From an uncultured Bdellovibrio sp. (GTDB lineage: Bacteria; Bdellovibrionota; Bdellovibrionia; Bdellovibrionales; Bdellovibrionaceae), in the NCBI GenBank assembly GCA_963932905.1, contig CAWVRN010000004.1:128001-192000 (forward strand): a DNA stretch of 64,000 nt. Direction: 5' to 3'. The notes under the pieces are model-generated. The model saw nothing but the letters and a program-made list of their open reading frames with translations, was not told the origin of the DNA and did not search any database. Each line of letters starts with the position of its first letter. Position 1 is the first letter of the stretch. A program made the translations under genes and the position numbers. Below, piece after piece: positions 1 to 10,325 of the stretch.

Positions 1-1983
1 CTCGCCACCCGCTTGCAAGTCGGTCACAACAAAACTAGTCGGAAACTCACTGCCGTTAATGAATACCTTTTCCAAGCGCGAGTTTTCCACTACCTTGAAT
101 TTAAAAACCAACAAACTAAAAAGACGAACATCTTTGCCCGAGACCGGAACTTTATCAAAAACAATTTCTAAATCTGAACCAATTTTCTCAATAGTATGTT
201 TTATTTTCGCTGCAGAACTATCCCATTCCAGTCCCGGGAAATCAGATCTTAAAGTGTATTTTCTATGTTGTTCGATAAAATTTGCGCATTCGGATTTAAT
301 CGCACTATAAACACTAGTGTATGTGTCAGAGCTAAAAACACTACTGCGATTGTTTGACAAGGAAATATAGCTAATCTTTAAATCAAACCAACTTGGTTCG
401 TACGACAACCAATAATTTCCCGGATTAGATCTAAACATAGGAGCCATTATAAACTCGGAAGCGAAGTACCAACCCTTAGCAGTTAAATTTACGCGATCCA
501 AACATTTCGCTTCCTCGTAATGTTTGCTCACATCACTGCTAAGTATTCTAATAAAATGATCTCTAAATTGCCCTGTGATACCATACATGCCTAAAAATAA
601 AGGTAAAACGACAAAACAAATAACTAGTTTTATATAACGACGTGTGCATTTAGTGTATTCTCTGAATCCCAATCCCCACAAAAATAAAGCACCTGCTAAG
701 CCCGAGATACGATACCAATCGTTTGCAATCGCAAAATCAACATAACCTTGAGGAGTTTTGTGCCCAACCGGTCCAATACCACGACCCAAAAATACAACCG
801 CAAAACTTATAAACAAAAAACAAAATGTCATGAGATGGTTTTTAATGATGCGCTCGTTTTTTCTGTTAGCAAAAATAAAAACGCACGCAAAAATAATCCC
901 ACGTAGAAGCGGTTCTATAAAATAAGTATTTCCGTATATTTTTCCAAAAATACCCCTAACTATGATTCCATCAAAAATAGCAACAACCGGCCACAGTAGT
1001 GGTCGTAGTATATTGGGCTCATGACCGTGACGTGTGCCATTGGCCACCCAAAGTAGGTTTGTAACAACGTCTTCTGTGTATACGGAAAATACTACCTTCC
1101 GGATAAAGTAAAATATTAACAACGTTAAAACGCCTGGAACAATAACTGGCCAGTGAGAATGACGAATAATTTTCGTTTTTTGTTTCCAATCAAAATCACG
1201 CAACACAAACCAACCAACAGAAAAAATAGGAAATACTAAACCCGTTGTCCACGTAAGATGGCTCAGGGTAAACAGACCAACCATCCAAAAAAGTGACTTG
1301 TTTCGATTTTGCTCATTGATTCGACTTTGAACCCATAAACCTAAAAGCCCAAAGATAGCACTAAATGTTATCGCATCCGTACTTATCCAAAACAATATGG
1401 ACGAATACCCAGGAAATGTCAGAAAAGCCAAAGAGGTTAAGAATGCAATGCCTTTAGCTTTTTTATATAAAATACGGAATAAAATTTCTGCAAGTGCCGC
1501 CATCCCCAAGACGCCAAAATAAGGAAGCACACTCATGTAGTTCAGACCGCCGAAGATATTGATCAGAGACCATTGAATAAGGCGCCAAATCGGTGTCACG
1601 TGATCTACAAACGGAATCCAAAGCCCATCCCAATTAAGTCGTGTAATCGCTAAAGTGTGGTACCAATCATCTTGAAAAAGATAAGATTGAGTTAATCGAA
1701 TTCCGTAAAGAATAGAGGGAAACAAAACAAACATCGAGACTCGATGCAAAGTTTTTAGCCGATTCAAATAACCTATTACAAAGACTATAAACCAAAACCC
1801 AAGCCAAATCTGATGGCTTACAATCAAATTGCTATTAACGACTTTATCGCCATCCTTAAGCGGGGCCACCGAAGTAAAGTCTTTGTATGTTAGTAGGAAA
1901 TAGAGGCAACAAAAGGCGAAAAACAATCCACGTTTATGCTTTAGAAGTTTAAGATATACAGTTTTAAACGTGGACGATTTCAC
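1..1983 (-). CDS. Polytopic membrane protein, probable GT-C-fold glycosyltransferase (runs off window edge, >661 aa)
   Basis: Not in ORF track. Manual translation from GTG at 1983 (MKSSTFKTVYLKLL...) stays open to position 1; many TM segments, 'FQDDWYH' acidic motif in an early loop; lies 3 bp after the 1987 gene. Confidence 0.7.
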   Translation of the reverse strand, partial: MKSSTFKTVYLKLLKHKRGLFFAFCCLYFLLTYKDFTSVAPLKDGDKVVNSNLIVSHQIWLGFWFIVFVIGYLNRLKTLHRVSMFVLFPSILYGIRLTQSYLFQDDWYHTLAITRLNWDGLWIPFVDHVTPIWRLIQWSLINIFGGLNYMSVLPYFGVLGMAALAEILFRILYKKAKGIAFLTSLAFLTFPGYSSILFWISTDAITFSAIFGLLGLWVQSRINEQNRNKSLFWMVGLFTLSHLTWTTGLVFPIFSVGWFVLRDFDWKQKTKIIRHSHWPVIVPGVLTLLIFYFIRKVVFSVYTEDVVTNLLWVANGTRHGHEPNILRPLLWPVVAIFDGIIVRGIFGKIYGNTYFIEPLLRGIIFACVFIFANRKNERIIKNHLMTFCFLFISFAVVFLGRGIGPVGHKTPQGYVDFAIANDWYRISGLAGALFLWGLGFREYTKCTRRYIKLVICFVVLPLFLGMYGITGQFRDHFIRILSSDVSKHYEEAKCLDRVNLTAKGWYFASEFIMAPMFRSNPGNYWLSYEPSWFDLKISYISLSNNRSSVFSSDTYTSVYSAIKSECANFIEQHRKYTLRSDFPGLEWDSSAAKIKHTIEKIGSDLEIVFDKVPVSGKDVRLFSLLVFKFKVVENSRLEKVFINGSEFPTSFVVTDLQAGGE

Positions 1984-1986
1984 AGA

Positions 1987-2718
1987 CTAAATCACGCTTG
2001 AATGATGAGATTCGAATTCTTTGATCCGTTCGATTGAATAAAAAGAATGGTAACTTTGTGCAGGTATTTTCTGCATTTGAATTTTCTTACCTTCCAGAAT
2101 CAATTCGTTAAAAACTTGGGAGTTATAATAAAATCCATTTACGTTAGAATCTTTTAAAATCATTTTCATCGCCGCACGCGCAAAGTCTTCACCATGTTTA
2201 AAATAATACGTTCCGGCAATCGCATTTCGACTGATTGGCATTTTCTCAGCCGTTTGATTAACAAAACCATCTGAATTAGTTTTCGCAAAAGACCATTGAG
2301 GATGAACCGAATCAAAACAAATTAATCCACCGTCAGCATTACTTTCCATAAGTGGCTTAAATAACTCCTCAACGGAGATATCGAAGTAATGGTCAAAATT
2401 AGAAATGATAAGCGGATCTTTAGTGTTAAAATGCTCGATTGCCAGCAGACAACTACAAGCGGCACCTGATGACGGCCCTGATTGAACTACCACTTCACTT
2501 TCCGGAGCCAACAATTTCAAAGTTTTATCCAAATGATATTTATCGCAGTCTTGTTGATTTACGATAAACAAAAACTTCTTCTCTCCTTTTAACTGGCTAA
2601 AAAAGTGGATTGGATAGCGAACCATCGGGTGCGTTTTGATTTCAAATAATGGTTTTGGAAACAAAGTATCTGAGAAAAACTTAGACTCACCGGCCATAGG
2701 AATTAATATATTAAGCAT
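1987..2718 (-). CDS. BcbE-like nucleotidyltransferase-fold (GT-A) polysaccharide biosynthesis protein
   Basis: N-terminal ILIPMAGES..F...PKPL motif, EK.PIS..AIAG.YYF; paralog of 4689..5432. Confidence 0.8.
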   Translation of the reverse strand: MLNILIPMAGESKFFSDTLFPKPLFEIKTHPMVRYPIHFFSQLKGEKKFLFIVNQQDCDKYHLDKTLKLLAPESEVVVQSGPSSGAACSCLLAIEHFNTKDPLIISNFDHYFDISVEELFKPLMESNADGGLICFDSVHPQWSFAKTNSDGFVNQTAEKMPISRNAIAGTYYFKHGEDFARAAMKMILKDSNVNGFYYNSQVFNELILEGKKIQMQKIPAQSYHSFYSIERIKEFESHHSSVI

Positions 2719-3355
2719 GTTTTACGTTTCCTTTTTCCACTTGGCTAATAAAACCAAAAACACTTTCGTAGCTTACGTCTTTTGTTGTTTCTACACGAAG
2801 TACATTGCCGCCAGCAGCATAAGCCGCTTTTAATCCGTTTTGGTTATCTTCAACGATCACACATTCTTTTGGATTTAAACTGAATTTCTGAATGGCCTTG
2901 GTATAAATTTCAGGATCTGGTTTCGGCTTAGCCACATCTTGATTAGATAAAACGGCATCTAAGAACGGAGCTAAACCGGCTTTTTCCATCATCAAATCGA
3001 TAGTGTCGCGTATAGAGTTCGAGCAAACAGCAATCTTATAACCAGATTGCTTAAGCTGTGAAAGCAAATACTGGTGTTGAAATATCGGCTTACACTTAGA
3101 AAAAATAATTTCCATTGTGTATTGCTGCTTAAGTTCGTTGATAAATTTATGTAGTGCGCGCGGAAGTCCGCGTTCCAATGAAAGCATTTCTAATTTTGTT
3201 TTTGTCGGAAGACCATCGTAGGTAATTAAGTGATCATAACGACTGATCGTAAAACCAAAATGCCCTAATGCTTTATTTAGGGCCTCGTAATGCCAATCTT
3301 TCGCTTCGATTAACACTCCGTCCATATCGAAAAGTACTGCCTTTACCTTATCCAT
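2711..3355 (-). CDS. HAD-family phosphatase
   Basis: FDMDGVL motif I, KPKPDPEIY, VED motif IV. Confidence 0.9.
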   Translation of the reverse strand: MDKVKAVLFDMDGVLIEAKDWHYEALNKALGHFGFTISRYDHLITYDGLPTKTKLEMLSLERGLPRALHKFINELKQQYTMEIIFSKCKPIFQHQYLLSQLKQSGYKIAVCSNSIRDTIDLMMEKAGLAPFLDAVLSNQDVAKPKPDPEIYTKAIQKFSLNPKECVIVEDNQNGLKAAYAAGGNVLRVETTKDVSYESVFGFISQVEKGNVKHA

Positions 3356-3977
3356 ATATTGCTTCCTTCGCTTGATCTGGAAAATCAGTGCATAAACTAA
3401 CTTTTGAATTATCTTTAAAAAGTCTTAAAAAATCCCAACATTTTTTATGCTCGCGTTTATGTAGTTCCGATGAAACGACACACACTTTTTTTCCGGCCTT
3501 TAAATGTTCAGATATTGTGGATTCTTGAAACCACATTTCTTTGAATTGATCCAACCAAATACCTGCTGCTCTGTCGTACAAATTGGGACTTTCTTCATAT
3601 TCACTATGTCTTGAAAAATAGACCAATTCGTTGTTTCGATACCTCAATAACTCTGGCACCGAGGCATCAAAAACAAAGTAGTTTTTGATTTGAAATCTAT
3701 GGAGGAGTTCTTTTACCTTATCACTAATGCCATCCGTCTTAACATTCAAAGCCAGAGTAACGTGGCTGTTATAACTTTTATAATTTTTCAAAACATCTTC
3801 AAAGTAAATCGGTGTTTGGCCTACATAGGGGTCATGAGAAATGATCACTTTTCCGTTAAAATCGCGAATATCTGTTTCAATCCCGTATTTCTTTTCAAAA
3901 CACTGAGTAAAAGACACCATTGTGTTTTGCTCATGCTTTTCTTTCCAGAAACCGCGATGCGCTATCATTTCAATCAT
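3348..3977 (-). CDS. Glycerophosphodiester phosphodiesterase-like (PLC-like) protein
   Basis: IAHRG, IETDIR, ISHD, CTD motifs. Confidence 0.75.
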   Translation of the reverse strand: MIEMIAHRGFWKEKHEQNTMVSFTQCFEKKYGIETDIRDFNGKVIISHDPYVGQTPIYFEDVLKNYKSYNSHVTLALNVKTDGISDKVKELLHRFQIKNYFVFDASVPELLRYRNNELVYFSRHSEYEESPNLYDRAAGIWLDQFKEMWFQESTISEHLKAGKKVCVVSSELHKREHKKCWDFLRLFKDNSKVSLCTDFPDQAKEAIYG

Positions 3978-4687
3978 CTTAAACTCCGGATATAAAACAT
4001 TTTTCTGATTGTTAAAAAATATATTTTCAAACGTTTACCCGACCAACTACTTATCCCTTCGCGACGAGCGTGGAATGACACTGGTATTTCGATGATCGAC
4101 CAATCATTTCTGCGAGCGGTATAGATCAACTGCGAATCCCAAACAAATGTAATTTGTTTTTCACCCTTTACTAGGGCTACGAGTTTTCTAGAAAACATTT
4201 TCGGAAGTGCATTTACATCCGAAGTTTTTAAATTCAAAATTAAATTACTCAAAAATGTATAAACGTAACTAACAAACTTAGTACTCCATTTGTCCATTCT
4301 CTGAATCCGGTTACCTTTAACCATAAAATTACTACTAGGGATGAGTTTAGATTGTTTTTGATATTCATCCCAAATTCTAGAAAGATCTTCGATAGAAACT
4401 TGCAAATCTCCTGGAATAAAACTTACAACATCGTTTTTTGCTATCCCAATGCCATACTGAATTCCACCGCCGTAATTTAAATTATTTTTTAAATTCACGA
4501 CCGACATCCAGTTACGCGTTTGAGCTAATTCTTCCAAAATTGTCTGGCTGTTATCATGAGAACCATTGTTTATTAAAACAACCTCACTCATTCCTTGGTC
4601 TACCAAACGACTTTTATCGATCTCGTCGATTAAAAAACGAATGTTCTTTTCCTCGTTATAAAGGGGAATCACCAAACTAAAATTCAT
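3974..4687 (-). CDS. GT2 glycosyltransferase (polyprenol-phosphate glycosyltransferase-like)
   Basis: VIPLYNEE, NNGSHDNS, N..YGG, GDLQ, EIPVSF..RREG.S. Confidence 0.85.
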   Translation of the reverse strand: MNFSLVIPLYNEEKNIRFLIDEIDKSRLVDQGMSEVVLINNGSHDNSQTILEELAQTRNWMSVVNLKNNLNYGGGIQYGIGIAKNDVVSFIPGDLQVSIEDLSRIWDEYQKQSKLIPSSNFMVKGNRIQRMDKWSTKFVSYVYTFLSNLILNLKTSDVNALPKMFSRKLVALVKGEKQITFVWDSQLIYTARRNDWSIIEIPVSFHARREGISSWSGKRLKIYFLTIRKMFYIRSLR

Positions 4688-4688
4688 T

Positions 4689-5432
4689 CTATATTCTCTG
4701 AGAAATTGGGTGGGCTAAAAACTTTTCAAGGTCGGACGGGATACCTAAGCCATACATTCCGTCAAATTCTGATCCTACATTAAAATACCCCAGCTTTTTC
4801 CCATCTTTAACCATGTAGTTATAAACAGGAGCTACGTAAAATTCGTTGTTAGTACGATCGTTAAGTTCAATCATTTTTTTTGCGTAACTTACGAAGTCAC
4901 TACCCTTTTTAAAATTATAGATTCCGACAGTCGCCTCATCGGAGATTACTTTCTTTTCAATGACTTGATTAATGCTCCCGTTGCTATCGAAACCAATGAA
5001 AGACCATTTAGGATCATCGGCTTTCATAGTCATAATATAGCCGTCGTATTTTCCATTACGGTTATCCTTCAAATATTCATCTATTTTAAAATCCACATAC
5101 TGATCAGAATTGGCAATCATAAGCTCATCAGAATTGTTAATAAACTTTTCTGCTAACATTACTGTGCAAGCAGCACCTTCCGTAACACCGTCCACAGGAA
5201 CAACTTCATAATTAGAACCCAGCGATTTTAAAAACTGACTCAGATTGTACTCTTGCATATGATCCTTCTGACAAAGGAAAATAAATCTATGCTCTTCACT
5301 TGGTTTTAAATTTTCAACCACAACTTGAATCATCGGCTTATTTTTCACATCAATCATTGGCTTCGGTTTTTTATATCCAGCCACCGCGAAACGACTACCT
5401 CGACCAGCCATGGGCACTACGATATTAAGCAT
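4689..5432 (-). CDS. BcbE-like nucleotidyltransferase-fold (GT-A) protein
   Basis: IVVPMAGRGSRF...PKPMI, TEGAACTV, ANSDQ, EKKVIS..ATVGIY, NNEFYVAPVYN. Confidence 0.85.
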   Translation of the reverse strand: MLNIVVPMAGRGSRFAVAGYKKPKPMIDVKNKPMIQVVVENLKPSEEHRFIFLCQKDHMQEYNLSQFLKSLGSNYEVVPVDGVTEGAACTVMLAEKFINNSDELMIANSDQYVDFKIDEYLKDNRNGKYDGYIMTMKADDPKWSFIGFDSNGSINQVIEKKVISDEATVGIYNFKKGSDFVSYAKKMIELNDRTNNEFYVAPVYNYMVKDGKKLGYFNVGSEFDGMYGLGIPSDLEKFLAHPISQRI

Positions 5433-6801
5433 TTACGCCTCCTCGTTTTATTAGTTCGTTCCAAAGCCATTGCGCACTTTCTTTCCAGGTTGGAACTTTC
5501 ACATTAGCTTTTTCAACTTGTTTAGAATTAAAATCAAAATTTGATAAGTAGGTTACTAAATCTTCCGGACGTTTTATGTCGAAATACTTAACTAATGTTC
5601 CACCCACTTCGCGATGAATAGGCGTATCGCTGACAAAAACAGGTAATCCCCACTGCAGGCCTTCTATAATTGGCAACCCAAACCCTTCAACGATGGAAGG
5701 AAACAAAAGTAGTTTTGAATTACGATAGGCATAAGCGACGTCCATATCGGATGCATCATTAAACATAAACATTTTTTTGCCCATCATTGGATGTGATAAG
5801 ATGCGATTTAAAAGATCATCAACTTTCCAACCAATGCGCCCAATAATACACAAACTACCATCAAATCCATTGGCCCATAGTTTATCAAACGCATTTAACA
5901 AATATTCATGATTCTTTCTTGGTTCAACAGTACAAACAATCAAACACATCTTTTCCGTTTTTCGATACGCATTTATTACGGCTACGTCTACTTTAGTTTC
6001 ATCAACTTCTTTGATTCTAAAGTTGCTACCCAAATGAAAGAAACCAATTTCAGGCATCGCCGAGTGATTTAAAATTCTAGGTGTTAAAAACGCTTTTAAA
6101 TCATTAGCCACCGTTTCAGATATACATACAAATTTGTCGACATGTTTTACTGCTTTATCAAAATATTTTTTAAATACATCAACAAGGAAATCATCGCAAA
6201 ACTGAGGATGCGTGATTGGGATTAGGTCATAAACAACGTTACAGACTTTTCCCTTGCTATCTTTGAATCGTTCGATCTCTGGCCAAAATTTCACATACCA
6301 AGACGAATCTAGAAGTAATAGAATATCGCTTTCTTTAAACTCTAGCTTTGGTCTAGTTAAAATATTCACCTTTTCTATTTTAAGAGCTTTGCGAACGCGC
6401 CAAACTACATTCAAAGTCGGATTAAACATATATTTTCCAACCACATGAGCTAAGGTGCGAGGGTTGTATCTTGGCCCCGTTACGAAAAATTTCAGTTTTC
6501 CTTCCGGAAGAAAAAAACCAACAAAGTGCCTAGTTTTTAAAAACACGATTTTCCCAGCGTAAAGTATGTTTTCTTGTAATGTAGAAGGACGCGCCGGTTG
6601 ACTTGGAATAAATGCTTGCTCTACAAACCGACCTCTCTCAAAAACTATCGTTTTAATTTCGTATTGAGTCGGGTCCACAATTTGGGGCAAGTAGTGAATA
6701 ACTTCTTTAACGACACGTTGAATCCCAGTGTTAAGACCACTGATCATTGTGTGAGTGCATTCGACATAAAGTATCGGCTTTTTAACTGTGACGTCTGACA
6801 T
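5425..6801 (-). CDS. GT4 glycosyltransferase (mannosyl/rhamnosyltransferase-like)
   Basis: TGIQRVV, YDLIP, EPRKNH, EGFGLPIIE. Confidence 0.9.
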   Translation of the reverse strand: MSDVTVKKPILYVECTHTMISGLNTGIQRVVKEVIHYLPQIVDPTQYEIKTIVFERGRFVEQAFIPSQPARPSTLQENILYAGKIVFLKTRHFVGFFLPEGKLKFFVTGPRYNPRTLAHVVGKYMFNPTLNVVWRVRKALKIEKVNILTRPKLEFKESDILLLLDSSWYVKFWPEIERFKDSKGKVCNVVYDLIPITHPQFCDDFLVDVFKKYFDKAVKHVDKFVCISETVANDLKAFLTPRILNHSAMPEIGFFHLGSNFRIKEVDETKVDVAVINAYRKTEKMCLIVCTVEPRKNHEYLLNAFDKLWANGFDGSLCIIGRIGWKVDDLLNRILSHPMMGKKMFMFNDASDMDVAYAYRNSKLLLFPSIVEGFGLPIIEGLQWGLPVFVSDTPIHREVGGTLVKYFDIKRPEDLVTYLSNFDFNSKQVEKANVKVPTWKESAQWLWNELIKRGGVNA

Positions 6802-6824
6802 AGTATCTCGCTTAAAGTATGAAT

Positions 6825-8108
6825 TTAACTATTTAATTTCTCGAAGAAAATATCGGCTGATTCGTCCCATGTCATCCACTTTTTAGGCTTCGGTGGAACA
6901 TCTTTTTTGTTATTGGAAATCAGATCAACCAGTGGCTTTTTATCCTCTAACGAGAAATATTCAGGATATTCTGCACCGACTTCTCTAAAAACAGGGATTT
7001 CGCTGCAGAAAACCCTTAATCCACTAGCCATAGCCTCAACTATAGGCAAACCAAAGCCTTCTACATAAGAAGCAAATATCAAACCTTGTGCATTTTTATA
7101 GGCGAACAAAAGTTCTTCATCTGACGCATCGGCAAAGAAAAACAGCTTTTTATTCAGCTCAGGGTGGTGTTGCATTCTAGCAATAACATGGTCACACTTC
7201 CAACCGATACGGCCTATTATTACCAGTTTATCTTGCCTTCCCTGTCGCCAAACTCGATCAAAAACATCTAAAATAAACGCGTGATTTTTCCGCGGCTCAA
7301 TTGTACCTACAACCAGCCAAATTGGGGCCCCTTCAAAAATGGTTTCGAATCCCTCGCGTTTTGGCATGACTCCGTTTTTTTTGGGTGGACGAAAATCAGA
7401 GCCTAAAAGGAAGTAATCGACGTTGAAGTTTCCGTGTGGCAGTACTCTATCTAGGTAGTCCCGCAGTTCAGTTGCCACAGAATTTGAAATCCCGATAAAA
7501 TTTTTCACTCGTAATGCCAGTTCCGGCAAACGTTTCATGAACAAAGGTTGGGTTAGCTCTTCCACAAACTCAGGATGAGTTACCGGTATCAAATCATAAA
7601 TCAAAGAATAAATCTGTTCTCGAGGAAGCCTGGTGTTGTCAATCGATTTAGCGATATCGTAAGTCCAAAACGCATCGACCAGAATCAATTTGTCATGTTT
7701 TTCAAATCTGACTTTTTTATTTCCCGACACTCGAACGGTTCGAAAAACTCGAAGTGTTTTAATCACCCAAAAAAGCTTTTTCAAAAGCCATTCCACAGCG
7801 TCAAATGTGCTTACAACCCAGTCAAACAGCATCCCGTCAGAATCAAACAGTTTTAACGTTCCCTGTCTAATTCGGTCAAAAGCTGTCTTTATCCGTTGCC
7901 CTATCGATGCAGTTACAGGCTTTGAATCCAACACAAATGCACGGTCGATTTCATAATAATTATTGTTAAAACTAATAACGGACGCGGCTTCTACTTCGTA
8001 TTTCTCTTTGTACAAATGATCCCGAGAAATAATGTTTCGTACAACACGTTGAATACCCGTGTTCAAACCGCTGTGATAAGTAAATGTGCAATCAAAATAA
8101 ATTTTCAT
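6825..8108 (-). CDS. GT4 glycosyltransferase
   Basis: TGIQRVV, YDLIP, GTIEPRKNH, EGFGLPIVEAM; paralog of neighbour. Confidence 0.9.
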   Translation of the reverse strand: MKIYFDCTFTYHSGLNTGIQRVVRNIISRDHLYKEKYEVEAASVISFNNNYYEIDRAFVLDSKPVTASIGQRIKTAFDRIRQGTLKLFDSDGMLFDWVVSTFDAVEWLLKKLFWVIKTLRVFRTVRVSGNKKVRFEKHDKLILVDAFWTYDIAKSIDNTRLPREQIYSLIYDLIPVTHPEFVEELTQPLFMKRLPELALRVKNFIGISNSVATELRDYLDRVLPHGNFNVDYFLLGSDFRPPKKNGVMPKREGFETIFEGAPIWLVVGTIEPRKNHAFILDVFDRVWRQGRQDKLVIIGRIGWKCDHVIARMQHHPELNKKLFFFADASDEELLFAYKNAQGLIFASYVEGFGLPIVEAMASGLRVFCSEIPVFREVGAEYPEYFSLEDKKPLVDLISNNKKDVPPKPKKWMTWDESADIFFEKLNS

Positions 8109-8830
8109 TTTTTAACTAAACTGATGGAAAGATTTGGATCTAAAGGAACCCGACCGCCGAAATAGAAAATACCTAAAACCGTTTCAAAAATATTTCTAAG
8201 TGAATACAATACTCGTTTTACAAATACCGAACGTTTTCCCACCTTCAAACTCCGATAGGAATTGCAGGAATGCACCACTTCAAATCCTGTCGCAATACCT
8301 ACCTGGCGCATGCGTTCAGGTGTCAGCACAGTTACATGAGTCATATCTGCCCACTGAGTCTGGGTCGCGAACGGACTTAAACCATTTGGGAATCTACACA
8401 CCACTTTTCCACCCGCTTGAAGTAATGGATAAATCGAACGGAAAAGGTTCAAAATTTCATCCGGATACAAATGTTCCAAAACATCAAGAATAACAATCGT
8501 ATCAAATTTTTTCACGGATGAAGAAAGCTCAGCAAGGCGCTGCAGCGGCAAATGGTAAACTTCCAAACCTTGTTCTTGAGCCGGTTTTACGAAGGCATCG
8601 TTCACCTCCACGCCCACTACTTTTACCCCTTGAGCGTTTGCCCACTTTAAAAAATGCCCACTGCCAAAACCAATCTCCAGCATTGTACCGGTCATTGCAA
8701 CGTTGTGCTGTCGCATTTCTCCGGCGTAGAGGTCGTGATAGCTCTCGGATAAGGCATGGTCATTCCAGCCTTTAAAAACTCCGTACGAAGCATAAATTTG
8801 ATCTCGAAAATCCATTTTTACCACCCGCAT
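8105..8830 (-). CDS. Class I SAM-dependent methyltransferase
   Basis: LEIGFGSG motif I, DVLEHL. Confidence 0.85.
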   Translation of the reverse strand: MRVVKMDFRDQIYASYGVFKGWNDHALSESYHDLYAGEMRQHNVAMTGTMLEIGFGSGHFLKWANAQGVKVVGVEVNDAFVKPAQEQGLEVYHLPLQRLAELSSSVKKFDTIVILDVLEHLYPDEILNLFRSIYPLLQAGGKVVCRFPNGLSPFATQTQWADMTHVTVLTPERMRQVGIATGFEVVHSCNSYRSLKVGKRSVFVKRVLYSLRNIFETVLGIFYFGGRVPLDPNLSISLVKK

Positions 8831-8882
8831 CAGGTATATTAGCCTACTGTCTTTATGCCAAGAGTTTTGTTACTTTTTTTCA

Positions 8883-10319
8883 GTGCGAAAAGACTCTGCT
8901 AAAAACTCTTTATTCTCCTTGTTGTCGCTGCTGTTTCCAGTCGCATTGGGTTTGGTATTTATCCCTCACTTTATCCACGATTTTGGAAAGGAACGCTTTT
9001 CCTTTTTATCTTTGGTTTGGGCGTTGTTTGGCTATTTTAGCTTTCTTGATCTAGGGATCGGACGAACATTGACCAAAATCATCGCCTACGAAAGAGCGAA
9101 AACACAAACCGAACCTTCCTTCTCATTTATCGTATCGGCTCAGTACATAATTTTCTTTTTCAGTTTCTTGTTCAGTATTTTAGTTTTCTTTTCAGCGCCC
9201 GCTATTGTTTACGAATTCTTAAAGATCAGTCCCGAACACCGCATCGAGTTTATTAATTCTATACATATCGTAGCTTTTGGAATTCCACTAGTAACAATGA
9301 CATCGCTGAATCGATCTATTTTAGAAGGTTTCAACGATTTTACATCGGCTAATATTTTGCAAACCTTAGCGGGTATTTTTCTTTTCATCATGCCGTTTGC
9401 GGCATGGAAAATAGAACCTTCGATGACATCTGTCTGCAACGCTATTGTTTTCAGCCGCCTGATTGTCTACAGCTTAAGCCACTATTTTTATAAAAGGAAG
9501 CTCCCCAAACTGGAATGGAATCCCACTTCAACATATGAGCATTTTAAGATGCTTATGTCCCATGGCGTATGGATTACGATTTCCAATGTCCTATCTCCGA
9601 TCATGTCTAGTTTTGACAAAATTCTTCTCGGTAGCTTTACGGCACTTAGTAACGTAGCTTTCTATACAACCCCAATGGAAATGGCTTCTCGTCTATGGGC
9701 GATACCAAGCGCTGTGACTCGTATATTTTTTCCTCAGTTTGCCGCCGCCGAAAAAGACGAACATATTCAGCAACACTTCCGTCACGCCGGGCAAATTATG
9801 GGACTTTTTATATGGCCCGTCTGCTTAATCGCCTTTGTTTTTGCTCGTGAATTAATTTCGTTATGGATCAGCCCCGAATTTTCTGAACAATCCTACCCTT
9901 TAGCGCAATGGATGCTCATTGGCATTTTGTTTAATGCGTTTAACTGGATACCATTCGGATGGCTGCAGGCGACTAAACACGTTCATTGGACCGTGTACAC
10001 CGTAATCTTAGAAGTGCCACTGTTTCTAATTGCATTTTATTTTTTCACGGAACGTTTCGGATTAATAGGATCTGCGGCTGTTTGGACTGGTCGATTGATT
10101 TTTGACTATTTTCTGACGTACATTGTTTGCTCATTCTTCCGCCCAGCATTAATCAAAGAATTTAGATTTTCATTTTCATACTTAGCCACAGGAACTACGG
10201 CAATAGTCACTTTGGCACTAGTTCCTGATTTGAATATTAGAATTTTAACTTCCCTAGTTTATTTAGTTGGCTTTATCCTACTTAACCGCAAGCTGATCAA
10301 AGAAATGCTAATTCGTTAG
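8883..10319 (+). CDS. wzx: Wzx-like flippase (MOP superfamily)
   Basis: ~12-14 TM, FLDLGIG, DKILLG..VAFY. Confidence 0.8.
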   Translation: MRKDSAKNSLFSLLSLLFPVALGLVFIPHFIHDFGKERFSFLSLVWALFGYFSFLDLGIGRTLTKIIAYERAKTQTEPSFSFIVSAQYIIFFFSFLFSILVFFSAPAIVYEFLKISPEHRIEFINSIHIVAFGIPLVTMTSLNRSILEGFNDFTSANILQTLAGIFLFIMPFAAWKIEPSMTSVCNAIVFSRLIVYSLSHYFYKRKLPKLEWNPTSTYEHFKMLMSHGVWITISNVLSPIMSSFDKILLGSFTALSNVAFYTTPMEMASRLWAIPSAVTRIFFPQFAAAEKDEHIQQHFRHAGQIMGLFIWPVCLIAFVFARELISLWISPEFSEQSYPLAQWMLIGILFNAFNWIPFGWLQATKHVHWTVYTVILEVPLFLIAFYFFTERFGLIGSAAVWTGRLIFDYFLTYIVCSFFRPALIKEFRFSFSYLATGTTAIVTLALVPDLNIRILTSLVYLVGFILLNRKLIKEMLIR

Positions 10320-10325
10320 CAAACA

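Noticed and set aside
59..310. 83-aa plus-strand ORF and similar short overlapping ORFs throughout
   Set aside because: Antisense or out-of-frame shadows of longer, motif-supported genes
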